NCBI GenBank assembly: GCA_009777095.1
Contig: WRMN01000004.1
Location: 77,475-141,474, forward strand
Direction: 5' to 3'
Length of the DNA: 64,000 nucleotides
Source of the DNA: Bacteroidales bacterium
GTDB lineage: Bacteria > Bacteroidota > Bacteroidia > Bacteroidales > UBA932
Shown here: piece by piece, positions 54,130 to 63,581 of the stretch
How positions within the stretch are numbered: the stretch's first letter is position 1
Layout of the letters: every line of letters starts with the position of its first letter
Notes under the pieces: model-generated
Told to the model about the DNA's origin: nothing
Databases searched by the model: none
Seen by the model: only the letters and a program-made list of their open reading frames with translations
Made by a program: the position numbers and the translations under genes

Positions 54130-57024
54130 ATGAAAAAACAGCTCAACTTCTTGTTTCTCGCAATCTTGGCAGTAATGGCTTTAGCCTCTTGCAAGAATTA
54201 CGAAACGGTACCGAACGACCCGATGAATGTTCGAATGTACACACTTGACAACGGTTTGAAAGTGTATATGACCGTAAACCACGACGAACCACGCATACAG
54301 GCCTACGTGGCCGTGCGTGTAGGCGGTAAAAACGACCCCGCCGAAACCACAGGCTTATCGCACTATTTCGAGCATTTAATGTTTAAAGGAACCGATAAGT
54401 TCGGAACCAAGGACTATGAGGCCGAAAAAGTTCTTCTCGACCAAATTGAAGAATTGTTTGAAGCGTACCGCAATACCGCCGACCCCGATGAACGTACTGC
54501 TATTTACAAGCAAATAGACGACATTTCGCAGGAAGCATCGAAAATCGCTATTCCCAACGAATACGACAAGTTAATGTCGGCTATCGGTTCCGAAGGTACT
54601 AATGCTTTTACCAGCGACGACGTTACCGCTTACATCGAAAGTATTCCGAGCAACAGCCTCGAACTGTGGGCGCAAATCCAAGCCGACCGCTTTGCAAATC
54701 CGGTGCTTCGTTTGTTCCATACCGAGTTGGAAACGGTGTATGAAGAAAAAAATATGTCACTTACCCAAGATGCATGGAAAGTATATGAAACAATGAGTGC
54801 AGCCTTATTCACCCACCACCCCTACGGCACGCAAACCGTAATAGGCACGCAGGAACATTTGAAAAATCCTTCTATCATCAATATCAAAAAACATTTTGAC
54901 CACTATTATGTGGCAAGCAATATGGCTGTCATTCTGGCAGGAGATTTCGACCCCGACAAGGCGATTAAGGTGATTGAAAAATATTTCAGTAAGCTGCCCA
55001 AGGGTAATGTTGAACCGCTGAACATTAGTCCCGAGCCTGCAATTACCGCTCCTGTCGTAAAAGAAGTATGGGGCAACGAGGCTGAAAACATAGCTATTGG
55101 CTTCCGCTTTCCGGGATCAGCCTCCAAAGAAGCAGAAATTCTTCAGGTTATCGACTATCTCTTGAATAATGGCAAAGCTGGCATCATAGATTTGAATATC
55201 AATCAAAAACAACTTGCTTTGAGCGCTAGCGCAGGTTTAAATGCTATGTCCGACTACTCCATATTCCAGCTTTCCGGCCGTCCTAAGGCAGGGCAAACGC
55301 TTGATGAGGTAAAAGACCTCTTATTGGCTCAAATTGACTCGTTGAAGCAAGGCGCTTTCCCCGACTGGCTGATTGAAGCTACCATCAATAATTTCAAATT
55401 GCGTGAAATTCAATATATGCAATACAACTATATTCGCGCTTATCTGATTCTTGACGCTTTTGTAACCCAGCAGCCATGGAAAGACGTAGTAACCAGCCTC
55501 GACCGTCAGTCAAAAATTACCAAGGAGGATATTGTAGCCTTTGCTAACGAGCATTTCGGCGACAACTATGCCGTTGTTTACAAACGCGAGGGCGAAGATA
55601 AGGATATTAAGAAAATAGACAAACCACAGATTACCCCTATCGCCGCTAACCGCGACGACGAGAGCGAATACCTGCAATTGGTAAGAGAAACTCAACGCGA
55701 ACCCATTGAGCCGATGTTCATCGACTATGATAAAGACATAACCAAAGGAACAGTTAACAACAATATCCCTTTGCTTTACAAACAAAATACCGACAACGGA
55801 CTCTTTGATTTAATCTATGTGTTCGATATGGGTAATGACAACGACAAGGCTCTGGGTACCGCTTTCTCCTACCTGAACTATCTCGGCACTTCACAACTTA
55901 CGCCGGAGGAAATCAAGAGCGAGTTTTACAAAATTGCCTGCTCTTACTATGTTAATTCCACTGCCGAGCGCGTATATGTACAAATTACTGGTTTAGACGA
56001 GAATTTTGAGGCCGCCCTTACTTTAATAGAAGAGTTGCTTTCCGACGCCCAAGTAAACCAAACTGCCTTTGATAACCTGATTTCAGACATCAACAAACGC
56101 CGCGCAGATGCTAAATTAAATCAACGCAGCATTTTTAATATGTTGTCACAATACGCTATGTGGGGACCAAAGTCATCGGCCACCAACATATTGAGCGCTG
56201 CCGAACTGAAAGCCCTCCAACCCGAAGCGCTGACCGACCGAATCAGGGATTTATTAAATTTCGAACACTATATGCTGTATTTCGGTCCTAAAACCCTTGA
56301 ACAAGTTAGCGGCATTTTGGCAGAACAGCACAAGGCTCCTACCGAATTGAAAGCATTACCAGCTCCTGTTAATTATCAACAGGCCGAAACCAAAGACAAT
56401 AAGGTATTCTTTACCCATTACAACGCCAAACAAATATATATGGGCATGTACGCCAAGGGCGAACCCTTCCAACATTCGGTAGAACCTGTCCGCCGCATGT
56501 ATAACGAATATTTCGGCGGCAATATGAGTTCTATCGTATTTCAGGAAATGCGCGAAGCCCGCGGCTTAGCCTACTCTGCTTCCGCAGGATACCGCGGGGC
56601 GAGCAAGCCTGAATATAACTACAGTATCTTTACTTTTATCGCTACGCAAGATGATAAGATGACTGAGGCGGTTGAGGCATTCAAAGATATTCTCAACGAT
56701 ATGCCGGAATCGGAAAAATCCTTTGACCTTGCCAAAGAATCATTGATAAGTTCTATCCGCGTTGAACGTATATTGCGCTCCAATATTCTGTGGGATTATG
56801 TAAATGCCAAAAAATTCGGCTATACTCAAGATCCGCGTAAAACGATTTTCGAACAGGCGCCCAACTTCAGTTTTGCAGACGTTAAAGCTTTTCAGGAACA
56901 ATACGTTAAGGGACATGCTTACAACTATTACATCTTAGGCGATAGAAATGAGTTAGATTTCAATGCTATGCGGAAATTCGGCGCTGTAAAGGAATTGACA
57001 TTGGAAGAGGTGTTTGGGTATTAA
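54130..57024 (+). CDS. M16-family (insulinase-like) zinc peptidase lipoprotein
   Basis: Lipobox LASCKN, inverted zinc motif HYFEHLMFKGT. 964 aa, with duplicated M16 halves. Confidence 0.88.
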   Translation: MKKQLNFLFLAILAVMALASCKNYETVPNDPMNVRMYTLDNGLKVYMTVNHDEPRIQAYVAVRVGGKNDPAETTGLSHYFEHLMFKGTDKFGTKDYEAEKVLLDQIEELFEAYRNTADPDERTAIYKQIDDISQEASKIAIPNEYDKLMSAIGSEGTNAFTSDDVTAYIESIPSNSLELWAQIQADRFANPVLRLFHTELETVYEEKNMSLTQDAWKVYETMSAALFTHHPYGTQTVIGTQEHLKNPSIINIKKHFDHYYVASNMAVILAGDFDPDKAIKVIEKYFSKLPKGNVEPLNISPEPAITAPVVKEVWGNEAENIAIGFRFPGSASKEAEILQVIDYLLNNGKAGIIDLNINQKQLALSASAGLNAMSDYSIFQLSGRPKAGQTLDEVKDLLLAQIDSLKQGAFPDWLIEATINNFKLREIQYMQYNYIRAYLILDAFVTQQPWKDVVTSLDRQSKITKEDIVAFANEHFGDNYAVVYKREGEDKDIKKIDKPQITPIAANRDDESEYLQLVRETQREPIEPMFIDYDKDITKGTVNNNIPLLYKQNTDNGLFDLIYVFDMGNDNDKALGTAFSYLNYLGTSQLTPEEIKSEFYKIACSYYVNSTAERVYVQITGLDENFEAALTLIEELLSDAQVNQTAFDNLISDINKRRADAKLNQRSIFNMLSQYAMWGPKSSATNILSAAELKALQPEALTDRIRDLLNFEHYMLYFGPKTLEQVSGILAEQHKAPTELKALPAPVNYQQAETKDNKVFFTHYNAKQIYMGMYAKGEPFQHSVEPVRRMYNEYFGGNMSSIVFQEMREARGLAYSASAGYRGASKPEYNYSIFTFIATQDDKMTEAVEAFKDILNDMPESEKSFDLAKESLISSIRVERILRSNILWDYVNAKKFGYTQDPRKTIFEQAPNFSFADVKAFQEQYVKGHAYNYYILGDRNELDFNAMRKFGAVKELTLEEVFGY

Positions 57025-57079
57025 CGTCATTGCAGATTGCTTCGCCGTCATTGCGAGCCGCCTTAGCGGCGAAGCAATC
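57025..57079 (+). repeat. compound REP-like element forming a 13-bp perfect hairpin after the M16 peptidase gene
   Basis: CGTCATTGCA-GATTGCTTCGCCG-TCATTGCGAGCCGCCTTAG-CGGCGAAGCAATC. GATTGCTTCGCCG (57036-57048) pairs perfectly with CGGCGAAGCAATC (57067-57079). Confidence 0.8.
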
Positions 57080-57099
57080 AATGTTTTACATTTTATGCT

Positions 57100-58290
57100 A
57101 TGAATTTTGGAGAGAAACTCATCGAACAATTCCGCAGCTCTTTAGACCAGCACTCGCAGGAGGCCCTGCGTAAGTCAGTCAACAGCATTGTCGAAGCCAA
57201 GCGGCGCGGCGGCAAGGTTATGGTGGTTACCGGCAGCGGCCCCAATATCCACGAAGGCGTTACCACCCTGATTGCCGAGTTAATCCACAAAGGCGTCATA
57301 GACGCCGTATCGACCAGTTCGGCCGTAGTGTCGCACGAAATGGGCGGTTCGCTTGACCGCGTATTCCGCGTGAACGCCGAAGCGCTGGGTATGGATATGC
57401 AATATATGCCCCGCGGCGATTTATTTGAAATTTCGGTGATGAATGAGGAATTATTGTCCGAAATTAAAAAAGAAATGATTATTGATGAAGAATTGATGCG
57501 AAAGGCAACTGCGCTTCCTGTACACAGCAATATCATCAAAGCAGCAGGCAATATGGCCTACCCGATGGGGCTGCGCGGCGAGTTGATTGCCGGTGAAATT
57601 CTGCAACTCGCCCGACTTTACGGTATGTCTTTCGAGCAGGTTGCAGGCTTCGGTTGCGACCGTATGACGATGATAGGCGCCTGTGCCGAAAAAGGCTTTC
57701 CCCTGTTAGTTACTATCCCGCAGCTGATTGGCGGCGGAGCTATAGGCATGGCCATAGGCGACAGCCTTCCCGTGTCGGGACGCTCTATGCAACTGTCGCG
57801 CATGTTAGCCCAAAGCGATGTGATTATAGAATCGGCTGTGGCGCTTACGCAGGAGATACACGACGGTCCCTTTGAATGTTATACCGGCCACGGTATTTGG
57901 GCATGGTGGCAAGGGCAGCAAACCTACAGTCTGAAAGGTAAAACGCTGGTGCGTTTCGACCTTGATGAAAATCTTCGTAAAGCCACTGAAATGGAAAAAA
58001 CCGTACAGGAGGCTATTGACAAAGGCTTGCCTAAAACCAAAGTCGCCAAGATACCTTTCCGCATGGAAATGTCGGCCTTTGCGCGGCATGAGGGCAGTTT
58101 ACCCGTGATTGGCGACATCGGCAAAATATGGCCTGTAATGGCGCACGACGTCTGTTGCGCCTTAGGCCTCAAGTTAGATTTCCTCAGCGCCTCGCAGGAT
58201 ACGCCCGAGGGGCAGGCCATGCGCGACTGGATTGTTGACAACGTCAAGCCGCTCAACAGGGAGAAGATGGTTCAAGGTTTAAAGTTATGA
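57100..58290 (+). CDS. deoxyhypusine-synthase-like family protein (tentative)
   Basis: GGKVMVVTGSGPNIHEGVTTLIAELIHKGVIDAVSTSSAVVSHEM and GFPLLVTIPQLIGGGAIG resemble the DHS blocks (..SGIRE.I.YLV....VDVLVTTAGG.EED; IPVFSPALTDGSLGD). The assignment rests on recollection only. Confidence 0.4.
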   Translation: MNFGEKLIEQFRSSLDQHSQEALRKSVNSIVEAKRRGGKVMVVTGSGPNIHEGVTTLIAELIHKGVIDAVSTSSAVVSHEMGGSLDRVFRVNAEALGMDMQYMPRGDLFEISVMNEELLSEIKKEMIIDEELMRKATALPVHSNIIKAAGNMAYPMGLRGELIAGEILQLARLYGMSFEQVAGFGCDRMTMIGACAEKGFPLLVTIPQLIGGGAIGMAIGDSLPVSGRSMQLSRMLAQSDVIIESAVALTQEIHDGPFECYTGHGIWAWWQGQQTYSLKGKTLVRFDLDENLRKATEMEKTVQEAIDKGLPKTKVAKIPFRMEMSAFARHEGSLPVIGDIGKIWPVMAHDVCCALGLKLDFLSASQDTPEGQAMRDWIVDNVKPLNREKMVQGLKL

Positions 58291-58303
58291 ATGATGGTTG
58301 CTG

Positions 58304-58323
58304 AGACGGAGTGCGCGCCGTCT
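58304..58323. terminator. hairpin between the convergent genes 57100..58290 and fcl
   Basis: AGACGG-AGTGCGCG-CCGTCT (6-bp GC-rich stem, 8-nt loop) followed by TTACTTT. Confidence 0.45.
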
Positions 58324-58329
58324 TTACTT

Positions 58330-59256
58330 TCATATCATACCGGTGTACCACTCATACACCCTCTTGATGCCTTCTTCGAGCGAGGTGGCATGTTTCCAGC
58401 CTAAGGAGTGAAGTTTAGATACGTCCAAGAGTTTGCGCGGCGTGCCGTCGGGTTTGGTGGTATCATTGATAATTGCGCCCTCGAAACCAACTATTTTTTT
58501 AACAAGCACCGCTAATTCTCGTATTTCAATCTCTTCGCCGCAACCTACGTTTATATGTTCTTCGCCGTTATAGCACTGCATCAGGAACAGGCAAGCATCT
58601 GCCAGATCGTCAACGTACAAAAACTCCCTGAGCGGCATGCCGCTTCCCCATATTACTACCTCCTGCGCATTGGATAGTTTAGCCTCATGAAACTTGCGGA
58701 TAAGCGCAGGTAAAACATGGGAATTTTGAAGGTCGAAATTATCGTTAATGCCGTAGAGATTGGCAGGCATCACTGAAATAAAATTACAGCCATACTCGCG
58801 GCGATAAAACCTGCATAATTCAACTCCCGCAATCTTGGCGATGGCGTATGCTTCATTGGTGCTTTCCAAAGGCCCGCTCAGCAAATATTCTTCTTTGATG
58901 GGTTGCGGCGCCATCTTCGGATAAATGCAGGAACTACCCAGAAACAACAATTTTTTGACATTTTTTTGACGCGCCGCTTCAATAATATTGCATTCAATCA
59001 TCAGATTGTTGTAGATGAACTGTGCAGGGTAGATACTATTGGCGTGAATGCCGCCCACCTTCGCTGCAGCCAAAAATACATAGTCCGGTTGTTCTTTGGA
59101 AAAAAAATCATTAACCGCCTGTTGATTGCACAGGTCAAGTTCTTCAATGCTTTTGGATATAATGTTGGTAAATCCTTTAGCCTGTAAACTGCGGATAATG
59201 GCGGAACCCACCATGCCGCTGCCGCCGGCCACATATATTTTGTCGGTTGTATTCAT
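58330..59256 (-). CDS. fcl: GDP-L-fucose synthase
   Basis: [27 protein letters not shown] short-chain dehydrogenase/epimerase motifs. 308 aa. Directly downstream of gmd. Confidence 0.9.
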   Translation of the reverse strand: MNTTDKIYVAGGSGMVGSAIIRSLQAKGFTNIISKSIEELDLCNQQAVNDFFSKEQPDYVFLAAAKVGGIHANSIYPAQFIYNNLMIECNIIEAARQKNVKKLLFLGSSCIYPKMAPQPIKEEYLLSGPLESTNEAYAIAKIAGVELCRFYRREYGCNFISVMPANLYGINDNFDLQNSHVLPALIRKFHEAKLSNAQEVVIWGSGMPLREFLYVDDLADACLFLMQCYNGEEHINVGCGEEIEIRELAVLVKKIVGFEGAIINDTTKPDGTPRKLLDVSKLHSLGWKHATSLEEGIKRVYEWYTGMI

Positions 59257-59259
59257 TCT

Positions 59260-60336
59260 TTAGTACCTTATCCTTGAATTTTTGACTTTCTCAACATATT
59301 CGTAATCGAAGTGTACCATGCGTTTCACCAATTCCGAAAAAGGCGTTTGCGTAGGATTCCAATTCAGCAATGTTTTAGCTTTTGCAGGATTGCCCAGCAA
59401 CTGCTCCACTTCGGCAGGGCGAAAGTACCTTGGGTCAATCTCCACCAGCACCTTGCCGGTTGTTTTGCAAAGCCCTTTTTCATCAACGCCTGAGCCTTGC
59501 CATTCGAGTTCTATTCCTGCTTCTCTAAAGGCTAAGGTGCAAAATTCGCGGACGCTGTGCATCTCTCCTGTAGCAATTACAAAGTCTTCGGGTGTGTGGT
59601 GCTGCAACATGAGCCACATACATTGTACATAATCTTTGGCATAACCCCAGTCGCGTTGAGCATTGAGGTTGCCAAGATACAACTTTTTCTGATACCCGCG
59701 AGCTATACGTGCTGCCGCTAATGTTATTTTACGGGAAACAAAGGTTTCGCCGCGGCGTTCGCTTTCATGGTTAAACAAAATGCCGTTCACCGCAAACATT
59801 CCGTAAGCCTCGCGATAATTTTTCGTAATCCAGAAAGCATAGAGTTTGGCCACTCCATAAGGCGAACGCGGGTAAAAAGGCGTAGTTTCGCTTTGCGGCG
59901 TTTCCTGTACCAATCCGAAAAGTTCGGAAGAAGAGGCCTGATAGATTTTGGTAGTTTTTTCCAATCCGCAAATACGGATAGCTTCCAAGAGTCGTAAAGT
60001 ACCAATACCGTCGGTTTCGGCAGTATATTCGGGCACTTCAAAAGAAACCTTAACGTGCGATTGAGCGGCTAAATTATACACCTCGTCGGGCTTGATTGTT
60101 TGTATCAGGCGAATCAGGTTCGATGAATCGGTCATATCGCCGTAATGCAATTGCACTTTACGGTTCTTATGCATGTCTTCAATCAAATCATCGATATACA
60201 GGTGTTCTATTTTTTGTGTATTGAAGGTCGAACTTCGGCGAATAATACCATGGACTTTATAGCCTTTTTCAAGCAAAAATTCAGCTAAATAAGAACCGTC
60301 TTGTCCATTGATACCGGTGATGAGCGCTGTTTTCAT
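59260..60336 (-). CDS. gmd: GDP-mannose 4,6-dehydratase
   Basis: [54 protein letters not shown]. 358 aa. Confidence 0.95.
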   Translation of the reverse strand: MKTALITGINGQDGSYLAEFLLEKGYKVHGIIRRSSTFNTQKIEHLYIDDLIEDMHKNRKVQLHYGDMTDSSNLIRLIQTIKPDEVYNLAAQSHVKVSFEVPEYTAETDGIGTLRLLEAIRICGLEKTTKIYQASSSELFGLVQETPQSETTPFYPRSPYGVAKLYAFWITKNYREAYGMFAVNGILFNHESERRGETFVSRKITLAAARIARGYQKKLYLGNLNAQRDWGYAKDYVQCMWLMLQHHTPEDFVIATGEMHSVREFCTLAFREAGIELEWQGSGVDEKGLCKTTGKVLVEIDPRYFRPAEVEQLLGNPAKAKTLLNWNPTQTPFSELVKRMVHFDYEYVEKVKNSRIRY

Positions 60337-60348
60337 ATAATCTATGAA

Positions 60349-61290
60349 TTATGTTTTTTGTTTTTCTTTGAAATAGGCGATGGTTTTTTTCAATCCTTCT
60401 TCGAGTTGGATTTTCGGCTCCCAGTCCTTGAGCATTTTTTTAGCCAAACTAATGTTCGGTCGGCGCTGCTTAGGGTCATCGGAAGGAAGCGGAAGAAAAG
60501 TGATTTTAGAGCTTGAGCGGGTTAGCTGAATGATTTTTTCTGCTAATTCCAGCATGGTAAATTCATGAGGATTTCCAATATTTACAGGGCCAATAAAGGA
60601 TTTAGGCGTATTCATCATACGCATCATTCCTTCCACCAAATCATCAACATACTGGAAACTGCGGGTTTGCTTACCATCACCGTAAATAGTAAGGTCTTTA
60701 TTTTGCAATGCCTGCACAATGAAATTAGATACTACGCGCCCGTCCTGCGGGTGCATGCGCGGCCCGTAAGTATTAAAAATACGGACGATTTTTATGTCAA
60801 CCTCATTTTGGCGATGGTAGTCCATAAACAGCGTTTCGGCGCAGCGTTTGCCTTCATCATAACAGGAACGTATGCCGATAGGATTCACGTTGCCCCAGTA
60901 ACTTTCGTGCTGCGGGTGTACGGCAGGATCGCCGTACACCTCGCTGGTGGAGGCTTGCAGGATAGTCGCCTTTGTTCGTTTAGCCAAACCCAGCATATTA
61001 ATTGCCCCCATTATCGAAGTTTTAATGGTTTTGATAGCATTATACTGGTAATGCACAGGCGAGGCGGGGCAGGCTAAATTGTATATTTCATCAACTTCCG
61101 CCATAAAGGGGTTGATGACATCGTGGCGCACCAATTCAAAGCGGGGATTATTGATCAAATGGACAATGTTGTCGCGGCTGCCTGTAAAATAGTTGTCAAG
61201 GCAAATCACCTCATTATTTTCGTTCAATAGCCGCTCGCACAAATGCGAACCGATAAACCCGGCTCCGCCGGTAACGAGAATACGTTTCAT
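60349..61290 (-). CDS. uxs: UDP-glucuronate decarboxylase (UDP-xylose synthase)
   Basis: [42 protein letters not shown]. 313 aa. Confidence 0.85.
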   Translation of the reverse strand: MKRILVTGGAGFIGSHLCERLLNENNEVICLDNYFTGSRDNIVHLINNPRFELVRHDVINPFMAEVDEIYNLACPASPVHYQYNAIKTIKTSIMGAINMLGLAKRTKATILQASTSEVYGDPAVHPQHESYWGNVNPIGIRSCYDEGKRCAETLFMDYHRQNEVDIKIVRIFNTYGPRMHPQDGRVVSNFIVQALQNKDLTIYGDGKQTRSFQYVDDLVEGMMRMMNTPKSFIGPVNIGNPHEFTMLELAEKIIQLTRSSSKITFLPLPSDDPKQRRPNISLAKKMLKDWEPKIQLEEGLKKTIAYFKEKQKT

Positions 61291-61302
61291 CTTATTAAAT
61301 TT

Positions 61303-62238
61303 TCATTCCTGATAATCAGTAATTTTTCCGACAGGGTCAATTGATATGGTTTTTATTCTGTTAGACTCTTTAAAAGTACATATTAGCGAATTTTTTTGCC
61401 GTGTTTTCACTAAGTCTTCAAAACTAATTGGCAAAAAGTCTATTACTTTTTCAAAATTCAGGTCAACTGTAAATAAAATACCATTCCAAAAACAATCTTC
61501 AGCATCACAGCTGCCTGAGCATATATAATCCATAAGCAAAATATCTTTGTTTACCCCTACCGTATCTATCAACAGCAAGGATTGAGCATAGCCCAACCAG
61601 TACATATCTTCTTCGGCGTTCTCAATATTATTTCTATCCACTAAAAGATAACCAATATTTCTGCGAAATAAAGCGGTTGAAGGATATATTTGCGAATATC
61701 CTTTGGCCTGATAACTATCGTCCCTTTTTCCCTCTCTCAGTAATTGCACCATTTTGTTTTTCAACATTTCATTTGTTAGTGCCATATTTTTTCTTTCGTA
61801 AAATAAGAGACTGTCAAGAATTTGTTGTTCTTCATTACTGAAAACGATGCTATCTACAGCAGTATGAAAAGGATTATACCAGCTTTTTTGCGAAAAATAA
61901 TTATTTAAACTTTGATCCTCAAAAATATATCCTTTTCTTGCAAAAAATTCATTGCGTAATAATCTTAATTCCGGGCTTAACATATTCTGAAAATATTCGG
62001 ATAATAATACAACAAGCTCAGGAGAATCGTCAGATAAATATTGCTCAATTTCTCTATAAGTTATAACTCTTGAGGGATATATCAAATCAATTTTTTTCTG
62101 CGTATCCTCCTGCTTACATGTATTTGAAGTGCATTCCTTTTCATCGGATTTTTCCTTTACTTTTTGCTTCCCTGTGTTTTCACAATTATAAAGAAAAACA
62201 CAGGATACTATTACTGTAAATGTAATTATTTTTTTCAT
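61303..62238 (-). CDS. YARHG-domain lipoprotein
   Basis: Lipobox VFLYNCEN. LRLLRNEFFARKGYIFEDQSLNNYFSQKSWYNP matches the YARHG domain. AT-rich relative to the flanking sugar genes. Confidence 0.65.
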   Translation of the reverse strand: MKKIITFTVIVSCVFLYNCENTGKQKVKEKSDEKECTSNTCKQEDTQKKIDLIYPSRVITYREIEQYLSDDSPELVVLLSEYFQNMLSPELRLLRNEFFARKGYIFEDQSLNNYFSQKSWYNPFHTAVDSIVFSNEEQQILDSLLFYERKNMALTNEMLKNKMVQLLREGKRDDSYQAKGYSQIYPSTALFRRNIGYLLVDRNNIENAEEDMYWLGYAQSLLLIDTVGVNKDILLMDYICSGSCDAEDCFWNGILFTVDLNFEKVIDFLPISFEDLVKTRQKNSLICTFKESNRIKTISIDPVGKITDYQE

Positions 62239-62249
62239 ATTATTATCTT

Positions 62250-63566
62250 TTAAACGCCTAATCCATAATAAACAAAGCCTGCATTTTTCAGTTCTTCCGA
62301 ATCGTAGATATTACGTCCGTCGAAAATTATCGGTGTTTTCATTTTGCCATGTATGCTTGCCCAATCAGGTAGTCTGAACTCTTTCCATTCGGTAACCAAG
62401 AGGATAGCATCGGCAGCTTCGGCGGCAGCATAAATATTTTCACAAAAATTAATTTTATCGCCCAAAATTCGTTGAGCTTCGTGCATGGCTATCGGGTCAT
62501 AAGCATAAATGCTACAGCCTGCCGACAGCAATTTTTCAATGATTAGCAGCGAAGGAGCTTCACGCATATCATCGGTTTGAGGCTTGAATGACAATCCCCA
62601 AATGGCGATACGTTTTCCATGCAGATCGCCGTTGAAATGTTTGTAGAGTTTACGATAGAGTATGGTTTTTTGGTCTTCGTTCACCTCTTCTACGGCTTGC
62701 AGCACCCGCATATCGTAGTTATGCTCTGCAGCTGTTTGGATAAGGGCTTTCACATCTTTTGGAAAACATGAACCACCGTAGCCACAGCCTGAGTAAAGGA
62801 ACTTAGCGCCTATGCGCGGGTCGCTGCCTATACCTTTACGCACTTCATGTACATTAGCGCCAAGCCGTTCACATAAGTTGGCAATGTCGTTCATAAAACT
62901 GATGCGTGTGGCCAGCATGGCATTGGCGGCATATTTGGTCATTTCTGCCGAGGCAATATCCATAAAAATTACCGGATGTCCGTTTAATGTGAAAGGCTTG
63001 TATAACTGTTCCATAATAGAACGGGCTTTATCACTGTCCACGCCAACTACAATACGATCGGGGCGCATGAAGTCGTCCACAGCCGCTCCTTCTTTTAAAA
63101 ATTCGGGATTGGAAGCAACATCAAAAGGAATATCAAGGCCTCTTTTGTTGAGTTCTTCCTGTATGACGGTACGCACTTTCTCGGCAGTACCCACCGGAAC
63201 AGTACTCTTAGTTACAAACAATACATAATCTTGCATCAACTGCCCTACTGTGCGGGCTACTTCAAGCACATATTGGAGGTCGGCGCTGCCGTTTTCATCG
63301 GGAGGCGTACCAACAGCGCTAAATACAACATCGGTGTCGTTAATGCAAACCTTCATATCGGTGTAAAAGTGCAGCCTGTCGGCTTTTACATTCTTATGAA
63401 CCAATGTATCCAAATCAGGTTCGTAAATAGGAATAATTCCCTGTTTAAGGTTATCTATTTTCCGTTTATCAATGTCGATACAGTTTACGTTAATGCCCAT
63501 TTCTGCAAAGCATGTGCCGGTTACCAATCCGACATAACCGGTGCCAACGATAGTTATTTTCATCAT
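62250..63566 (-). CDS. ugd: UDP-glucose 6-dehydrogenase
   Basis: KITIVGTGYVGLVTGTCFAEMG, catalytic GYGGSCFPKD. 438 aa. Confidence 0.93.
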   Translation of the reverse strand: MMKITIVGTGYVGLVTGTCFAEMGINVNCIDIDKRKIDNLKQGIIPIYEPDLDTLVHKNVKADRLHFYTDMKVCINDTDVVFSAVGTPPDENGSADLQYVLEVARTVGQLMQDYVLFVTKSTVPVGTAEKVRTVIQEELNKRGLDIPFDVASNPEFLKEGAAVDDFMRPDRIVVGVDSDKARSIMEQLYKPFTLNGHPVIFMDIASAEMTKYAANAMLATRISFMNDIANLCERLGANVHEVRKGIGSDPRIGAKFLYSGCGYGGSCFPKDVKALIQTAAEHNYDMRVLQAVEEVNEDQKTILYRKLYKHFNGDLHGKRIAIWGLSFKPQTDDMREAPSLLIIEKLLSAGCSIYAYDPIAMHEAQRILGDKINFCENIYAAAEAADAILLVTEWKEFRLPDWASIHGKMKTPIIFDGRNIYDSEELKNAGFVYYGLGV

Positions 63567-63581
63567 AAGAATATTGTTTTT

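Noticed and set aside
57093-57551. 152-aa reverse-strand ORF overlapping the start of 57100..58290.
   Set aside because: The forward-strand ORF is much longer (396 aa) and has family-like motifs. The reverse frame is Ser/Ile-rich low complexity.
60565-61077. 170-aa forward ORF inside uxs. Similar antisense ORFs lie inside ugd (62812..63228, 63231..63629) and buk (44984..45502).
   Set aside because: All are antisense to strongly supported enzyme genes and have no independent support.
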